NCBI GenBank assembly: GCA_036918135.1
Contig: JBALDB010000068.1
Location: 1 to 38,171 of the forward strand
Direction: 5' to 3'
DNA from: Nostoc sp.
Lineage (GTDB): Bacteria > Cyanobacteriota > Cyanobacteriia > Cyanobacteriales > Nostocaceae
DNA: 38,171 nt
Shown here piece by piece: positions 18,193 through 28,029 of this stretch. A program made the translations under genes and the position numbers. Within the stretch, counting starts at the first letter, position 1, and each line of letters starts with the position of its first letter. The notes under the pieces were generated by a model that worked only from the letters and a program-made list of their open reading frames with translations, was not told the origin of the DNA and did not search any database.

Positions 18193-18507
18193 AATACAAC
18201 CCTGTTAAAAGCAGTTTATATAAGATAAATTTGATTTTTCCAAGCCAAATTGACTCAGAGCTAGCCGAAAGAAATTTTAGCTCTCAGTATACTTAGCTAG
18301 ATTCAATTCAGATATCTATATAATTACGAATTTTTACGTAATCAGATTATTAAAGCTATATACTTTAATGTCAAACGTATAAGTCAGGACTTCTTAGAAA
18401 TTTTAATTTTTGAGCGCTAAAAAAGATTTTTAATGAAAACATGTTGAAGTTGTGGTGATTGTACCTACGTAAATACTGATAAATCTAGAGGAATAGTTAA
18501 TTTTTTT

Positions 18508-19011
18508 ATGCCTAAAGACGATAAATCTGAAGTTTCACGCAGCGGTGTGTCTGAAATTCTTGGTTATGATGATTTTTTATCTGAGCTAAAAACTCGAATT
18601 TCTAACGCTCAATTACGAGCGGCAGTTGCAGTCAATAGAGAGTTAGTATTGCTCTACTGGCAAATTGGGCGAGATATTCTCAATCGCCAACAGCAGCAGG
18701 GTTGGGGTGCAATAAGTTATCAATCGTTTAGCGGGTGACTTACAGAAAGCTTTTCCGGAGATGAAGGGGTTTTCACGTACTAATCTTATGTACATGAGAG
18801 CATTCGCTGAGGGTTACCCAGACGAGCAAATTGTCCAACAACTTATTGGACAAATTCCCTGGGGTCACAATATCCGTATATTGGATACCATTAAAGACCA
18901 AACAGAACGTCTTTGGTACATACAGCAAACTATCCAGCACGGGTGGAGTCGGAATGTTTTAGTCCACCAAATTGAAAGTCAGTTATACCACCGTCAGGGT
19001 AAAGCGACGAT
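18508..19011 (+). pseudogene. DUF1016/YhcG PD-(D/E)xK nuclease pseudogene (frameshifted and 3'-truncated)
   Basis: AVNRELVLLYWQIG...GWGA, +1 frameshift at about 18713, then DLQKAFPEMKGFSRTNL...IPWGHN...GWSRNVL...RQGKA; the nuclease domain is absent. Confidence 0.9.
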
Positions 19012-19066
19012 TATAAATGCCAATTTAATTTCTCTACGATCGCTTGTGTATAATTACCTAAATATT

Positions 19067-19714
19067 TTAATCTATAGTCAACTGCCGTCGATGCTGCAAA
19101 AACCACTGATAAAGTTCTGGATTATTATATGTTTGCGTCCACGAGTCGTGTTCGGCTTCCGGGTAAACTGTAAATTTTACATTTCCGCCGCAGGCTTGTA
19201 ATGCAGAAACCATAATTTCCGACTCGCTTAAGGGAACGATATCATCCTTTGCTCCATGAAATGCCCACACAGGAAGATTTTTCAGGTTTGGTGCTTGGGT
19301 TGGTTTACCACCACCGCAGATAGGTGCGATCGCTGCAAATATTTGGGGTTGTACTGCTGCTAAGTGCCATGTTCCGTAACCACCCATGCTTAAGCCAGTC
19401 AAGTAAATGCGATCTAAATCCACAGGATAGGATGCGATGACTTCATCCAAAAGAACGCTTAATCGCTTTACTGACCAATATTGACCGCGCGGACATTGGG
19501 GAGAAATAACAATGAACGGAAAATCAGGCTGTTCCTCTACAATTTTAGCAACGCCGTGGTTTTTCACCTCATCTAGATTAGAGCCTCGCTCACCCGCACC
19601 GTGTAAAAACAAAATCGTTGGTAATAGCGGCTGTGGTAAGCCGTTGCGATCGGGTAAGAATAGGAGGTAGTTGTAGCTGTGGGTAGAAGTAACTTGTAGT
19701 TGGGTTGAGGACAT
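19067..19714 (-). CDS. Predicted esterase/peptidase (alpha/beta hydrolase, phospholipase/carboxylesterase-like)
   Basis: LFLHGAGERG, SPQCP, GLSMGG, FHGAKDDIVP, EAEHDSW; start placed at ATG 19714. Confidence 0.9.
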   Translation of the reverse strand: MSSTQLQVTSTHSYNYLLFLPDRNGLPQPLLPTILFLHGAGERGSNLDEVKNHGVAKIVEEQPDFPFIVISPQCPRGQYWSVKRLSVLLDEVIASYPVDLDRIYLTGLSMGGYGTWHLAAVQPQIFAAIAPICGGGKPTQAPNLKNLPVWAFHGAKDDIVPLSESEIMVSALQACGGNVKFTVYPEAEHDSWTQTYNNPELYQWFLQHRRQLTID

Positions 19715-19732
19715 AGCATTGGAAAATTTTTT

Positions 19733-19915
19733 AGGAGGCAGGAGATAGGAGGCAGTCCGGGCTTGCGGAACCCACGTTTTAAAATGTGAGATTGAAGCAA
19801 GGAAGCTTTGTATCTCGCGCACTTTTGGCTCGATACAATTCCTCTTTTAAACTGGGTTTTATACTTATAACTAAAGTTTTAATTAATACCTCTTTCCTGC
19901 TGCCTCCTGCCTTCT
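19733..19915. repeat. Inverted GGAGGCA-type STRR pair
   Basis: AGGAGGCAGGAGATAGGAGGCAG on the left and CCTGCTGCCTCCTGCCTTCT on the right; a further (GGAGGCA)n tract at about 22171-22190. Confidence 0.55.
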
Positions 19916-19924
19916 TTTATGGGT

Positions 19925-20662
19925 TCAACTTTTGCGAACAGCAATTGTATAACTCGATCGCTGTGTAGCTTCTCGTTGACTCTTAATTAAGCGAAAGTCA
20001 TTATCTATATATAAATGTTCTAGAAAAGAAGTAGCTAAATAGACTTTCTCAAATTTTTTGACAGTATTTCTGTCCATCTCTTTTAATTGCAGTTCTTGTT
20101 GTAAATCTATGTTTGATGATGGTTGCTGCAATTTAGATTCGACATTTTTTGTAAACCACTTATCTGCATCCTCAATCGTTAATGAAATTTCTCTATTTCC
20201 CCATGCCTGGAATATACCAACATTTTTGATATTCCACTGCTCATTTTTAATTGAATAGTGTTGCAATAACATTAAGTCATAAGTTGGTAGTTTTGATGCA
20301 AATTTTTGCCAAAAACCAGACTGATGTCCGAGTGCATAACGGGCAATATTTGCATAGTAACCATCGTTATGAAAAATTTGATAAGACTGCTCGTGTATCC
20401 TACCAGGTAAAATGTCTTGAAAAGGGATAGTAGACCAGATGGGCATCCAGCCGCCGATCGCGATCGCTACTTGATCTGCAACTTCAGGAAAGGGGTTGCG
20501 CTGGCTCAATTCTGCAAAATATGGTGCTAATTCGTTTTTATAAAATTCTACTTTGGCTTTTAACGACTCTAGATTGCGGTCTTTAACAAGTTCTATAATC
20601 TGATTTTTGATTTCTGCCGGACTCCAAGATGTCAATTCTTTGGAAGTTGTAATATTTTCCAT
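19925..20662 (-). CDS. Hypothetical protein, possibly PAP/fibrillin (lipocalin-like) fold
   Basis: LSQRNP, GGWMPIWST and YIDNDFRL resemble fibrillin motifs. Confidence 0.55.
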   Translation of the reverse strand: MENITTSKELTSWSPAEIKNQIIELVKDRNLESLKAKVEFYKNELAPYFAELSQRNPFPEVADQVAIAIGGWMPIWSTIPFQDILPGRIHEQSYQIFHNDGYYANIARYALGHQSGFWQKFASKLPTYDLMLLQHYSIKNEQWNIKNVGIFQAWGNREISLTIEDADKWFTKNVESKLQQPSSNIDLQQELQLKEMDRNTVKKFEKVYLATSFLEHLYIDNDFRLIKSQREATQRSSYTIAVRKS

Positions 20663-20815
20663 TACCGTTCATCCTTGGAGAGTTTCAAATCTTATAATTC
20701 TTTGATTACAAATGTAGCATAAACTCTGAAGATGCGGTAATAGGTAAATGGGGAGTGGCAAAAGGCAAGAGAATTAATCACCAATCCCCGATACCCTTGT
20801 TTCTTCAATCAGCAA

Positions 20816-21148
20816 CTACCAAATTCGATTTCCATCTTCGTCTACTCGTGCTTGGCGAATTACATCAGAAATCTCTTCAGCATCTTTAACGTGGTGGAGT
20901 GCTTTCTGTTCGCCGTCGGGTTCATCGACAACAAAGTAAGTGGGAACTGTGATTTCGTCGCCTGTAATATCCGCTACATGATCGACAGCTACCTGTTGAG
21001 CCTTTTCTTCAACGGATTGAGGTCGATCGGCGATTCTATCTCCTGGATTTGCTGTTAATTTTTCTTCATTCACATCTGGCTTTTCACGAGTATCGCGATC
21101 TGGGCTGACTGGTTGATTAATTTGATTTTCTTGTTTATTATCACTCAT
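20816..21148 (-). CDS. Acidic hypothetical protein
   Basis: Hydrophilic ORF with PTYFVV and LHHVKDAEEISDVIRQAR; start at ATG 21148 is likely. Confidence 0.75.
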   Translation of the reverse strand: MSDNKQENQINQPVSPDRDTREKPDVNEEKLTANPGDRIADRPQSVEEKAQQVAVDHVADITGDEITVPTYFVVDEPDGEQKALHHVKDAEEISDVIRQARVDEDGNRIW

Positions 21149-21623
21149 GGCTTTTTCAGGTACTAACAAATTTGCTACTAATAATATTTTAAAAAAATAA
21201 AGGCCTAAAGAGTTCTTTCTCTAGAAAGATTTTGATAAAATATTCTGAAAAACATATCTGAAGTAAGATATTAATTGAGAGCTTGATAAATAGGCTCAGA
21301 CTCCAGAAATATAACCTGAGTTAAGGCGTTGGTGATTAAGAATATAAATTTGCCTCAAAGCATCTCGATTAGCATTAGTGATTGCGATCGCCCCATTAGC
21401 CAATTATCAGCAGGACAGTAGCACGGGTATTTTTAGCGCGTCCTTAAGATTGGGTTATTTCTTGCCGTGGCGATCGCCAATTAAAGAATATGCGGTAATG
21501 GGCATACTTTTTTATCCATTCTTTGCCCTTAGTATCACTTTAATTACTATTATTTAAAAAGATAACAAATTAGACCAAAACATCGAGTTTTGCTAGCAAC
21601 TGTAAATTATAAGTAGATTTTTT

Positions 21624-22130
21624 CTATTGATTGTACAGTCCATAGGATGACTTGACTTGCCATTGTTCGCTAGTTTTTTCCAAATATAGCAAACTCCCAT
21701 ACTGCAGTGACCCTGCTGGACAATGGGCAGTTATCTGAATTAATGCCTGGGAAAAATCCACAGATAATCCTGGTCGAGTCAAAGTATATATAACAGACCA
21801 CCTATAATCATAGTTATTTATAATTTCGTTAGACTGTTTCTGAGAAATTAAAGTGATTTGAGGATTTGTAATCAATGGAGTTAATAAGAAAGGTTGAGCA
21901 TTGATTGAAAGCCAATTATCGTATGTCTCTTTTTGCAAATTAGGGAAACCTATAATCCTCATTCCATGAATTAATATTTCTGGAATCCGAAGATTCTCCC
22001 AGGAGATATCAGGAACCAGAGAAGTGGTAGTTAAAAGATAATTATTAGATATTTCATCCAGAAAGTCTCCTTCCATCCTTGAATGTTTAATTACAGCAGA
22101 AAAAACTTGTGATTCATGTTGCGATCGCAT
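21624..22130 (-). CDS. Hypothetical protein
   Basis: ATG at 22130 preceded by AGAGGAG; C-terminal TRPGLSVDFSQALI...YLEKTSEQWQV. Confidence 0.7.
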   Translation of the reverse strand: MRSQHESQVFSAVIKHSRMEGDFLDEISNNYLLTTTSLVPDISWENLRIPEILIHGMRIIGFPNLQKETYDNWLSINAQPFLLTPLITNPQITLISQKQSNEIINNYDYRWSVIYTLTRPGLSVDFSQALIQITAHCPAGSLQYGSLLYLEKTSEQWQVKSSYGLYNQ

Positions 22131-22339
22131 AATCTCCTCTGTTGACACCAAGCTACATGTACAATTTATAGCAGGAGGCAGGAGGCAGGAGGGAAGAGGG
22201 TTTTAGCCTAGTTAATTTTTCTTCACATAGTTTGGTTTTATTGTGCCGACTTACTTAAATTACAAAAGATTAACAAAAATTACTGCTTAATTTTAATTTG
22301 TCGGGTAATCTGACAACAGCACTTTTAATCCTCAAAACA

Positions 22340-23122
22340 ATGATAGCAACTAGTCCCACGATTTTAGCCTTAGACTTTGACGGAGTGATTTGCGATGGAC
22401 TAATTGAATATTTTGAGGTAGCGTGGCGTACCTACTGTCAAATTTGGTCGCCTACTGATGACACACCACCAGATGATTTAGCTTTGAGATTCTACCGCCT
22501 ACGTCCTGTAATTGAAACGGGTTGGGAAATGCCTGTTTTAATCAAAGCCTTAATGGATGGAATTCCTGATGAAAAAATTCTTCATGAATGGGTAACTATT
22601 GCTCCTCAAATATTGTTAGACAATAAACTACAGGCAAAAGAAATAAGTGCAAAGCTAGATAATCTGCGGGATCAATGGATTGCTACAGATTTAAACGGCT
22701 GGCTAAGTCTGCATAGATTTTATCCGGGAGTGGTGGAAAAAATTAAAGCAACTATTGCTAATGAAGTTCAATTATATATAATTACAACCAAAGAGGGGCG
22801 TTTTGTGCAGCAATTATTGCAACAAGAAGGAGTAATTTTACCGCCATCAGCCATATTTGGAAAAGAAGTGAAGCGTCCCAAATATGAAATTCTGCGAGAA
22901 TTAATTCAAACAGCAGAAAATTCAGTCAGCTTGTGGTTTGTAGAAGACAGACTCAAGACATTGCAGTTAGTCCAACAGCAAACAGATTTGAAGGATGTGA
23001 AATTATTTCTCGCGGACTGGGGCTATAATACGCAAGCAGAAAGGAAAGCTATTCAAAACGATCCGCAAATTCAGTTAATATCACTGTCTCAATTTGCTAA
23101 AGATTTTTATACTTGGTATTAA
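22340..23122 (+). CDS. HAD-superfamily hydrolase
   Basis: ALDFDGVICD motif I, ITTK, FVEDR. Confidence 0.9.
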   Translation: MIATSPTILALDFDGVICDGLIEYFEVAWRTYCQIWSPTDDTPPDDLALRFYRLRPVIETGWEMPVLIKALMDGIPDEKILHEWVTIAPQILLDNKLQAKEISAKLDNLRDQWIATDLNGWLSLHRFYPGVVEKIKATIANEVQLYIITTKEGRFVQQLLQQEGVILPPSAIFGKEVKRPKYEILRELIQTAENSVSLWFVEDRLKTLQLVQQQTDLKDVKLFLADWGYNTQAERKAIQNDPQIQLISLSQFAKDFYTWY

Positions 23123-23176
23123 TGCAGGATAATCTCACGCCCAGATGCAGAGTTTATCTTTATTAGTGAAAAATTT

Positions 23177-24352
23177 ATGCTTGACCTAACAAAACTAGCA
23201 CGACAAATGCAGGGCTTAAGTCAACATCTTTCTTTAGAAGCTGCTGCTAGCCGCCAGCGTTTAGAATTGGCGCAACAATATCTGAAAAATGCTTACGAAT
23301 CTCAACAAAATTTAATCGATCGCCAAGAAAAATGGCGCGATCGTATTCTCTTTGCTAATGCTACCCCAGTTGAGTCGCTAGAAACCTGCATTGATATCCC
23401 AGTTCCGCCAAAAATTCATACTGTCATTGCTACCGATGGTTCCCAAATTGCCCCCAACCACCATGAAATTGCTTACTGTTATCTGTTAAATATCGGCAGA
23501 GTTGTCTTGCATTACGGACAAAATCGCCATCCCCTACTCGATAGTTTGCCAGAGGTATTTTATCGTCCAGAAGATTTATACATGTCTCGGCAATGGGGAA
23601 TTAGAACTGAAGAATGGATGAGTTTTCGCCGTACTGCTTCAGAAACAACGGTTTTAGCCGAATTAGCCTGTGCAGCCAAAGCAGAAGCACCAGCGCTAGC
23701 AATGGTAGATGGTTCTTTAATTTACTGGTTTTTAGAACAATTACCGATGGATGCACGCGATCGCATTTTACCCCCGATTCTAGAAGCTTGGCAGCAAATG
23801 CGTGATGCTCAAATTCCTTTGATGGGGTATCTTAGCGCCTCCCGCAACATCGAAGGTATGAATTTTTTACGGCTATTGGCTTGTCCCCATACAGTACCAG
23901 ACTGTAAAAGTTATTGCCCAAATCAGCTAGAAAAAGTACCTTGTAAAGTTTTTGAACAGCTACGAGATACTTCCCTTTGGACAACTCGACTCAAACCCGG
24001 ACAACGCAGTACCTTATGGCGCAGTAATAATCCGATTCTTGAACTCTACGGCGACCAGACTATTTACTTTTGTTATGTCCATGTTGGCACCGAAATTGCC
24101 CGGATTGAAGTTCCATCATGGGTAGCACAAAATACAGCTATGTTAGACCAAGCATTGGGACTGATGTTAGCACAAGTACAAAAAGGATACGGCTATCCGG
24201 TGGCGATCGCCGAAGCCCATAATCAAGCAGTAGTCAAAGGTGGAGATAAAACGCGTTTTTTTGCTCTCCTCGAACAACAAATGATTAAAGCTGGTTTAAG
24301 AAATGTCGGAACTTCCTACAAAGAAGCTAGAAAGCGAGGAAGTATTGCTTAA
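23177..24352 (+). CDS. nurA: NurA-domain nuclease
   Basis: ATDGSQI, MVDGSLI, RIEVP and GYPVAIAEAH motifs. Confidence 0.88.
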   Translation: MLDLTKLARQMQGLSQHLSLEAAASRQRLELAQQYLKNAYESQQNLIDRQEKWRDRILFANATPVESLETCIDIPVPPKIHTVIATDGSQIAPNHHEIAYCYLLNIGRVVLHYGQNRHPLLDSLPEVFYRPEDLYMSRQWGIRTEEWMSFRRTASETTVLAELACAAKAEAPALAMVDGSLIYWFLEQLPMDARDRILPPILEAWQQMRDAQIPLMGYLSASRNIEGMNFLRLLACPHTVPDCKSYCPNQLEKVPCKVFEQLRDTSLWTTRLKPGQRSTLWRSNNPILELYGDQTIYFCYVHVGTEIARIEVPSWVAQNTAMLDQALGLMLAQVQKGYGYPVAIAEAHNQAVVKGGDKTRFFALLEQQMIKAGLRNVGTSYKEARKRGSIA

Positions 24353-24356
24353 CTTA

Positions 24357-24586
24357 ATATCATGTCCGATTAAATACTTATGATATCTGTGAGGGTCGGT
24401 AATGCTTCGGCTCCGCTCAGCATGAATGGGTAACTGGTAATAGGTAATTGGTAATTGGTAATAGGGAAAAAGGTAATTAGAAAAAAGCGAATTGGGAATT
24501 AAAAATTTACCCATTCCCGATTCCCCATTACCTATTACCTATTACCAATTACCAACATCTTGTAAGTAATTAGCCGAATTTGATAT
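24357..24586. mobile_element. MITE-like element with degenerate terminal inverted repeats and internal inverted STRR arrays
   Basis: Left ATATCATGTCCGATTAAATACTTATGA vs reverse complement of right end ATATCAAATTCGGCTAATTACTTACAA; inside (GGTAATT/A)n and (ATTACCT/A)n. Confidence 0.65.
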
Positions 24587-24616
24587 AAGACGACTTGCCA
24601 ATTTCCAGCTTCAACT

Positions 24617-24862
24617 TTAGTTAATGCCAATCGTGCAATCGTGCATTTCCAGGGCTTTCTCACGCATTTCTAGGACTTTCTTACGCTTGATCCGCACTTC
24701 CTTCAATGTTTCCTTCGCTCGCTTCTGCATTTCCAGGGCTAGCTTGTGCATTTCCAGCGCTCGCTTCTGCATTTCCAGCGCTAGCTTGTGCATTTCCAGC
24801 GCTTCTTCTAAAGCATCTCGCGCCCAGTACATATCTTTTGACAACATCTCTTGTTGCAACAT
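24617..24862 (-). CDS. Small heptad-repeat coiled-coil ORF built on a 21-bp repeat
   Basis: (LEMHKLA/LEMQKRA)n; DNA unit TGCATTTCCAGCGCT(C/A)GCTT(C/G). Expression unproven. Confidence 0.4.
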   Translation of the reverse strand: MLQQEMLSKDMYWARDALEEALEMHKLALEMQKRALEMHKLALEMQKRAKETLKEVRIKRKKVLEMREKALEMHDCTIGIN

Positions 24863-25245
24863 ATATAATTTTGACTTTCGTTTTCTACTTTAGACTTTTT
24901 ACTAAATCTTCCTATAAGCTGCCGATGATAAAAGTATGCACTCGTGTAGCGGTTATTCAATGCTGAGAATACTGTCTATTCATATATCATATCTAGACCG
25001 CAGTTGACATTAAATTTCATGACTAGAGAGAAAATGAATTTCTACTAAACATTTTTTGAACTATTGTAACACTTCTTATCTTAATTATCAAATACAAATG
25101 CTTACTTTGTAGTTTTTTAGGGAAACATATATTCAACAGAGGATTGAGTTAATAGCAAGCTAATAAAATAGCTATAAAAAAGCTATATTTCTCACTTCTG
25201 CCAGAAATTTGTTTGCGTATTTATTCGTATATTAAAATTCTTCAA

Positions 25246-27945
25246 ATGAAACTAGCTCTATCTGAATTCCAGCAATTGGAAACAAAATACTCTCGATTTT
25301 TCTCACTTTCTATAGACTTACTGTGTATTGCTAATTTTAGTGGTTATTTTAAGTATTTAAATCCAGGATGGACAAAAACACTAGGTTGGTCAACTGAGGA
25401 ATTAATTACTAAACCCTTTATCGAATTTGTTCACCCTGAAGACCGTGAATTAACTATTCAAGTAGCTCAACAAATTACCCAATCTGTAGATGCAATTGCC
25501 TTTGAAAACCGTTACCTTTGTCAGGATGGTAGCTATAAATGGCTGTCATGGAATGCAACAGCCTTCATAGAAGAAAAGTTGATTTATGCAGTAGCTCGTG
25601 ATATTACTCTCAACAAAGAGAACGAAATCGCGCTCCAAAGAACTATCGGAGAATTAGAAGCTTTTAAATTTGCCTTGAATGCTCATTCACTGGTGGCTAT
25701 TACTGATAAAAGAGGCAGAATCAGTTATGCTAATGACAAATTTTGTGAGGTTTCTAAATATTCTAGAGAAGAACTTTTAGGACAAGACCATCGAATTATT
25801 AATTCTGGTTATCACACAAAGGAATTCTTTGAGAATTTGTGGAAAACTATTAACAAAGGTAAAATTTGGAAGGGAGAAATCAAAAATAAAGCCAAAGATG
25901 GAACTTTTTATTGGGTCGATACTTTAATTACCCCAATGTTAGACTCCGATGGAAAGCCTTATCAATATGTAGCAATTCGTACCGATATTACACAGCGCAA
26001 GCTTTCAGAGTTAGCTTTATTGGAGCGATCGCGCTTATCACTTTTGAGTGCAGAAGTCAGTTTATCATTATCTCAAAGTGGTACGCTAGCAGAAATTTTA
26101 CAAAACTGTACAAATACTATTTCACAATACCTAAAAATCGCTTTTGTTTGTATCTGGACTTTTGAGCGACAGACAAACCAGCTAGAATTACAAGCTGGCG
26201 TTCAATGCACAGATGTTACTTGTAGTGCTTTGAGCAATAGCCAAGATTTTCCAAATCACATGGTTTTAGCCAATAACATTGTTGGCTTAATGACTCAAAA
26301 CCATCAAGCGATTTTCAACCAAGAATTTGCAATTGAACCTTCAGAATTACTACTCAATTCTCCGTCCTCTCTTTTTCGTTTTTCTGCCTATCCTTTAATA
26401 GTAGAGCAGCAGTTAATCGGGGTAATAGCTTTATTTAGCCAAGAATCATTTAGCGAACCAACTCATAACTTGTTAAATTGGATTGCGAATAATATTGCTG
26501 TAGCTATTGACCGGATTTGGGCTAGAGAAGAACTCCTCAGCCGTCGGGAAGCCTTATTACTGCGTTTAGCTAGTCAAATCCGTAGTTCTCTTGACTTAGA
26601 TATCATTCTTGAAACTGCTGTTAATGAAATTCGCAGCTTCTTACAAATTGACCGTTGTTACTTTATTTCTTATTCACCGCACCCATCCGAGCCAAGCCTG
26701 AATATCACCTCTGAAGCACGAAACCCCAACTACCCTAATTTACCTACGATGTTAGGTACTATTCCACCGCAAAAAAGTACTTGTTTGACTAAAATACTTC
26801 TTTCTCAAGAGCTAGTTTGCATCGACGATATTAATAGTAAATCGTATCTTGATAATGATATGCAAGAGCTTTTAAATGATGGTATTACAGCTCAACTAGT
26901 GCTACCAGTTAAGAGTAATTCTGGGGAAATTGGAGCAATTGTTTGCAGTCATTATAGTGGCGATCGCTTTTGGAGTAACAGTGAAATTAGCCTGCTACAA
27001 GCTGTTTGCGACCAATTAGCGATCGCCATCGATCACGCACAACTTTATACGCAAAGTCGTTCTGCTACTTTAGCCGCTCAAACTCAAGCCGAAAAACTCA
27101 CCGCAACTTTGTATCAGTTGCAGCAAACTCAATCTCAACTGATCCAACATGAAAAAATGTCTAGTTTGGGACAATTGGTAGCTGGAGTTGCTCATGAAAT
27201 CAACAATCCAGTGAATTTTATTCACGGTAATTTAGCTTATGCTCATGAATATTTTCAAGAGTTACTAACTCTCTTGCAGCTTTATCAGCAATACTATCCC
27301 CAGCCCGATACAGAAATTCAAGATTTTGCTGAAAACATAGATTTAGAATTTATTACTAGCGACCTTTCTAAACTTTTGTCTTCAATGAAAATGGGTACTA
27401 ATCGGATCCGTGAGATTGTTTTGGGGTTACGAAATTTTTCTCGCCATGATGAAGCTGAGAAAAAACAAGTTGATATTCATGAAGGAATTGACAATACTTT
27501 ATTAATTTTGCATCACCGTTGGAAAAATAATGGAATTGGGCTGGATATATCTGTCGTTAAAGAATATGGTGATTTGCCCTTAATCGACTGCTATGTGGGA
27601 CAGCTTAATCAAGTATTTATGAACATTTTGACTAATGCGATCGATGCATTAGAAGAGTCAAAATCGAATGAAAAAACAACAGAAAAACCACAGATTATAA
27701 TTCGCACGGAAATTTTAGACAATAACTTTGTTGTAATTCGGATTATCGATAATGGAGCCGGAATAGCAGAAGAAGTCAGAACGCGGTTATTCGATCCATT
27801 TTTCACCACAAAACCTGTTGGTAAAGGAACAGGACTAGGATTGTCAATTAGCTATCAAATTGTAGTCGAAAAACATGGTGGGATTCTCAAGTGTATATCA
27901 GAACCAGGACAAGGTACAGAATTTTGGATTCAAATTCCAATTTAA
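25246..27945 (+). CDS. PAS-PAS-GAF-GAF sensor histidine kinase
   Basis: Two PAS/PAC domains, two GAFs, H-box AGVAHEINNP, N-box NAIDA, DNGAG, FDPFFTTK, GTGLGL. Confidence 0.95.
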   Translation: MKLALSEFQQLETKYSRFFSLSIDLLCIANFSGYFKYLNPGWTKTLGWSTEELITKPFIEFVHPEDRELTIQVAQQITQSVDAIAFENRYLCQDGSYKWLSWNATAFIEEKLIYAVARDITLNKENEIALQRTIGELEAFKFALNAHSLVAITDKRGRISYANDKFCEVSKYSREELLGQDHRIINSGYHTKEFFENLWKTINKGKIWKGEIKNKAKDGTFYWVDTLITPMLDSDGKPYQYVAIRTDITQRKLSELALLERSRLSLLSAEVSLSLSQSGTLAEILQNCTNTISQYLKIAFVCIWTFERQTNQLELQAGVQCTDVTCSALSNSQDFPNHMVLANNIVGLMTQNHQAIFNQEFAIEPSELLLNSPSSLFRFSAYPLIVEQQLIGVIALFSQESFSEPTHNLLNWIANNIAVAIDRIWAREELLSRREALLLRLASQIRSSLDLDIILETAVNEIRSFLQIDRCYFISYSPHPSEPSLNITSEARNPNYPNLPTMLGTIPPQKSTCLTKILLSQELVCIDDINSKSYLDNDMQELLNDGITAQLVLPVKSNSGEIGAIVCSHYSGDRFWSNSEISLLQAVCDQLAIAIDHAQLYTQSRSATLAAQTQAEKLTATLYQLQQTQSQLIQHEKMSSLGQLVAGVAHEINNPVNFIHGNLAYAHEYFQELLTLLQLYQQYYPQPDTEIQDFAENIDLEFITSDLSKLLSSMKMGTNRIREIVLGLRNFSRHDEAEKKQVDIHEGIDNTLLILHHRWKNNGIGLDISVVKEYGDLPLIDCYVGQLNQVFMNILTNAIDALEESKSNEKTTEKPQIIIRTEILDNNFVVIRIIDNGAGIAEEVRTRLFDPFFTTKPVGKGTGLGLSISYQIVVEKHGGILKCISEPGQGTEFWIQIPI

Positions 27946-27953
27946 AACAGACT

Positions 27954-27976
27954 GCGGAGCTTTTTAAGGCTCCGCT
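27954..27976. terminator. Hairpin between convergent kinase and cpeY genes
   Basis: GCGGAGC...GCTCCGC stem. Confidence 0.55.
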
Positions 27977-28029
27977 ACTCAATTCACCAATTTTATTGTA
28001 TGTAGGAATTAAAAACTCCTAACTTCTAA

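Noticed and set aside
19715..19822. N-terminal extension of the esterase
   Set aside because: Runs through an STRR repeat; similarity starts near ATG 19714.
21290..21530. Possible gene remnant with two HIP1 sites
   Set aside because: Short broken frames that I could not assign to any family.
24296..24514. 72-aa ORF; likewise 35045-35354 and 35166-35351
   Set aside because: Low-complexity translations of STRR repeats.
26030..27050. Cyanobacteriochrome GAF (light sensor linked to cpeY)
   Set aside because: Neither GAF shows the Asp-motif or CH bilin-binding signature.
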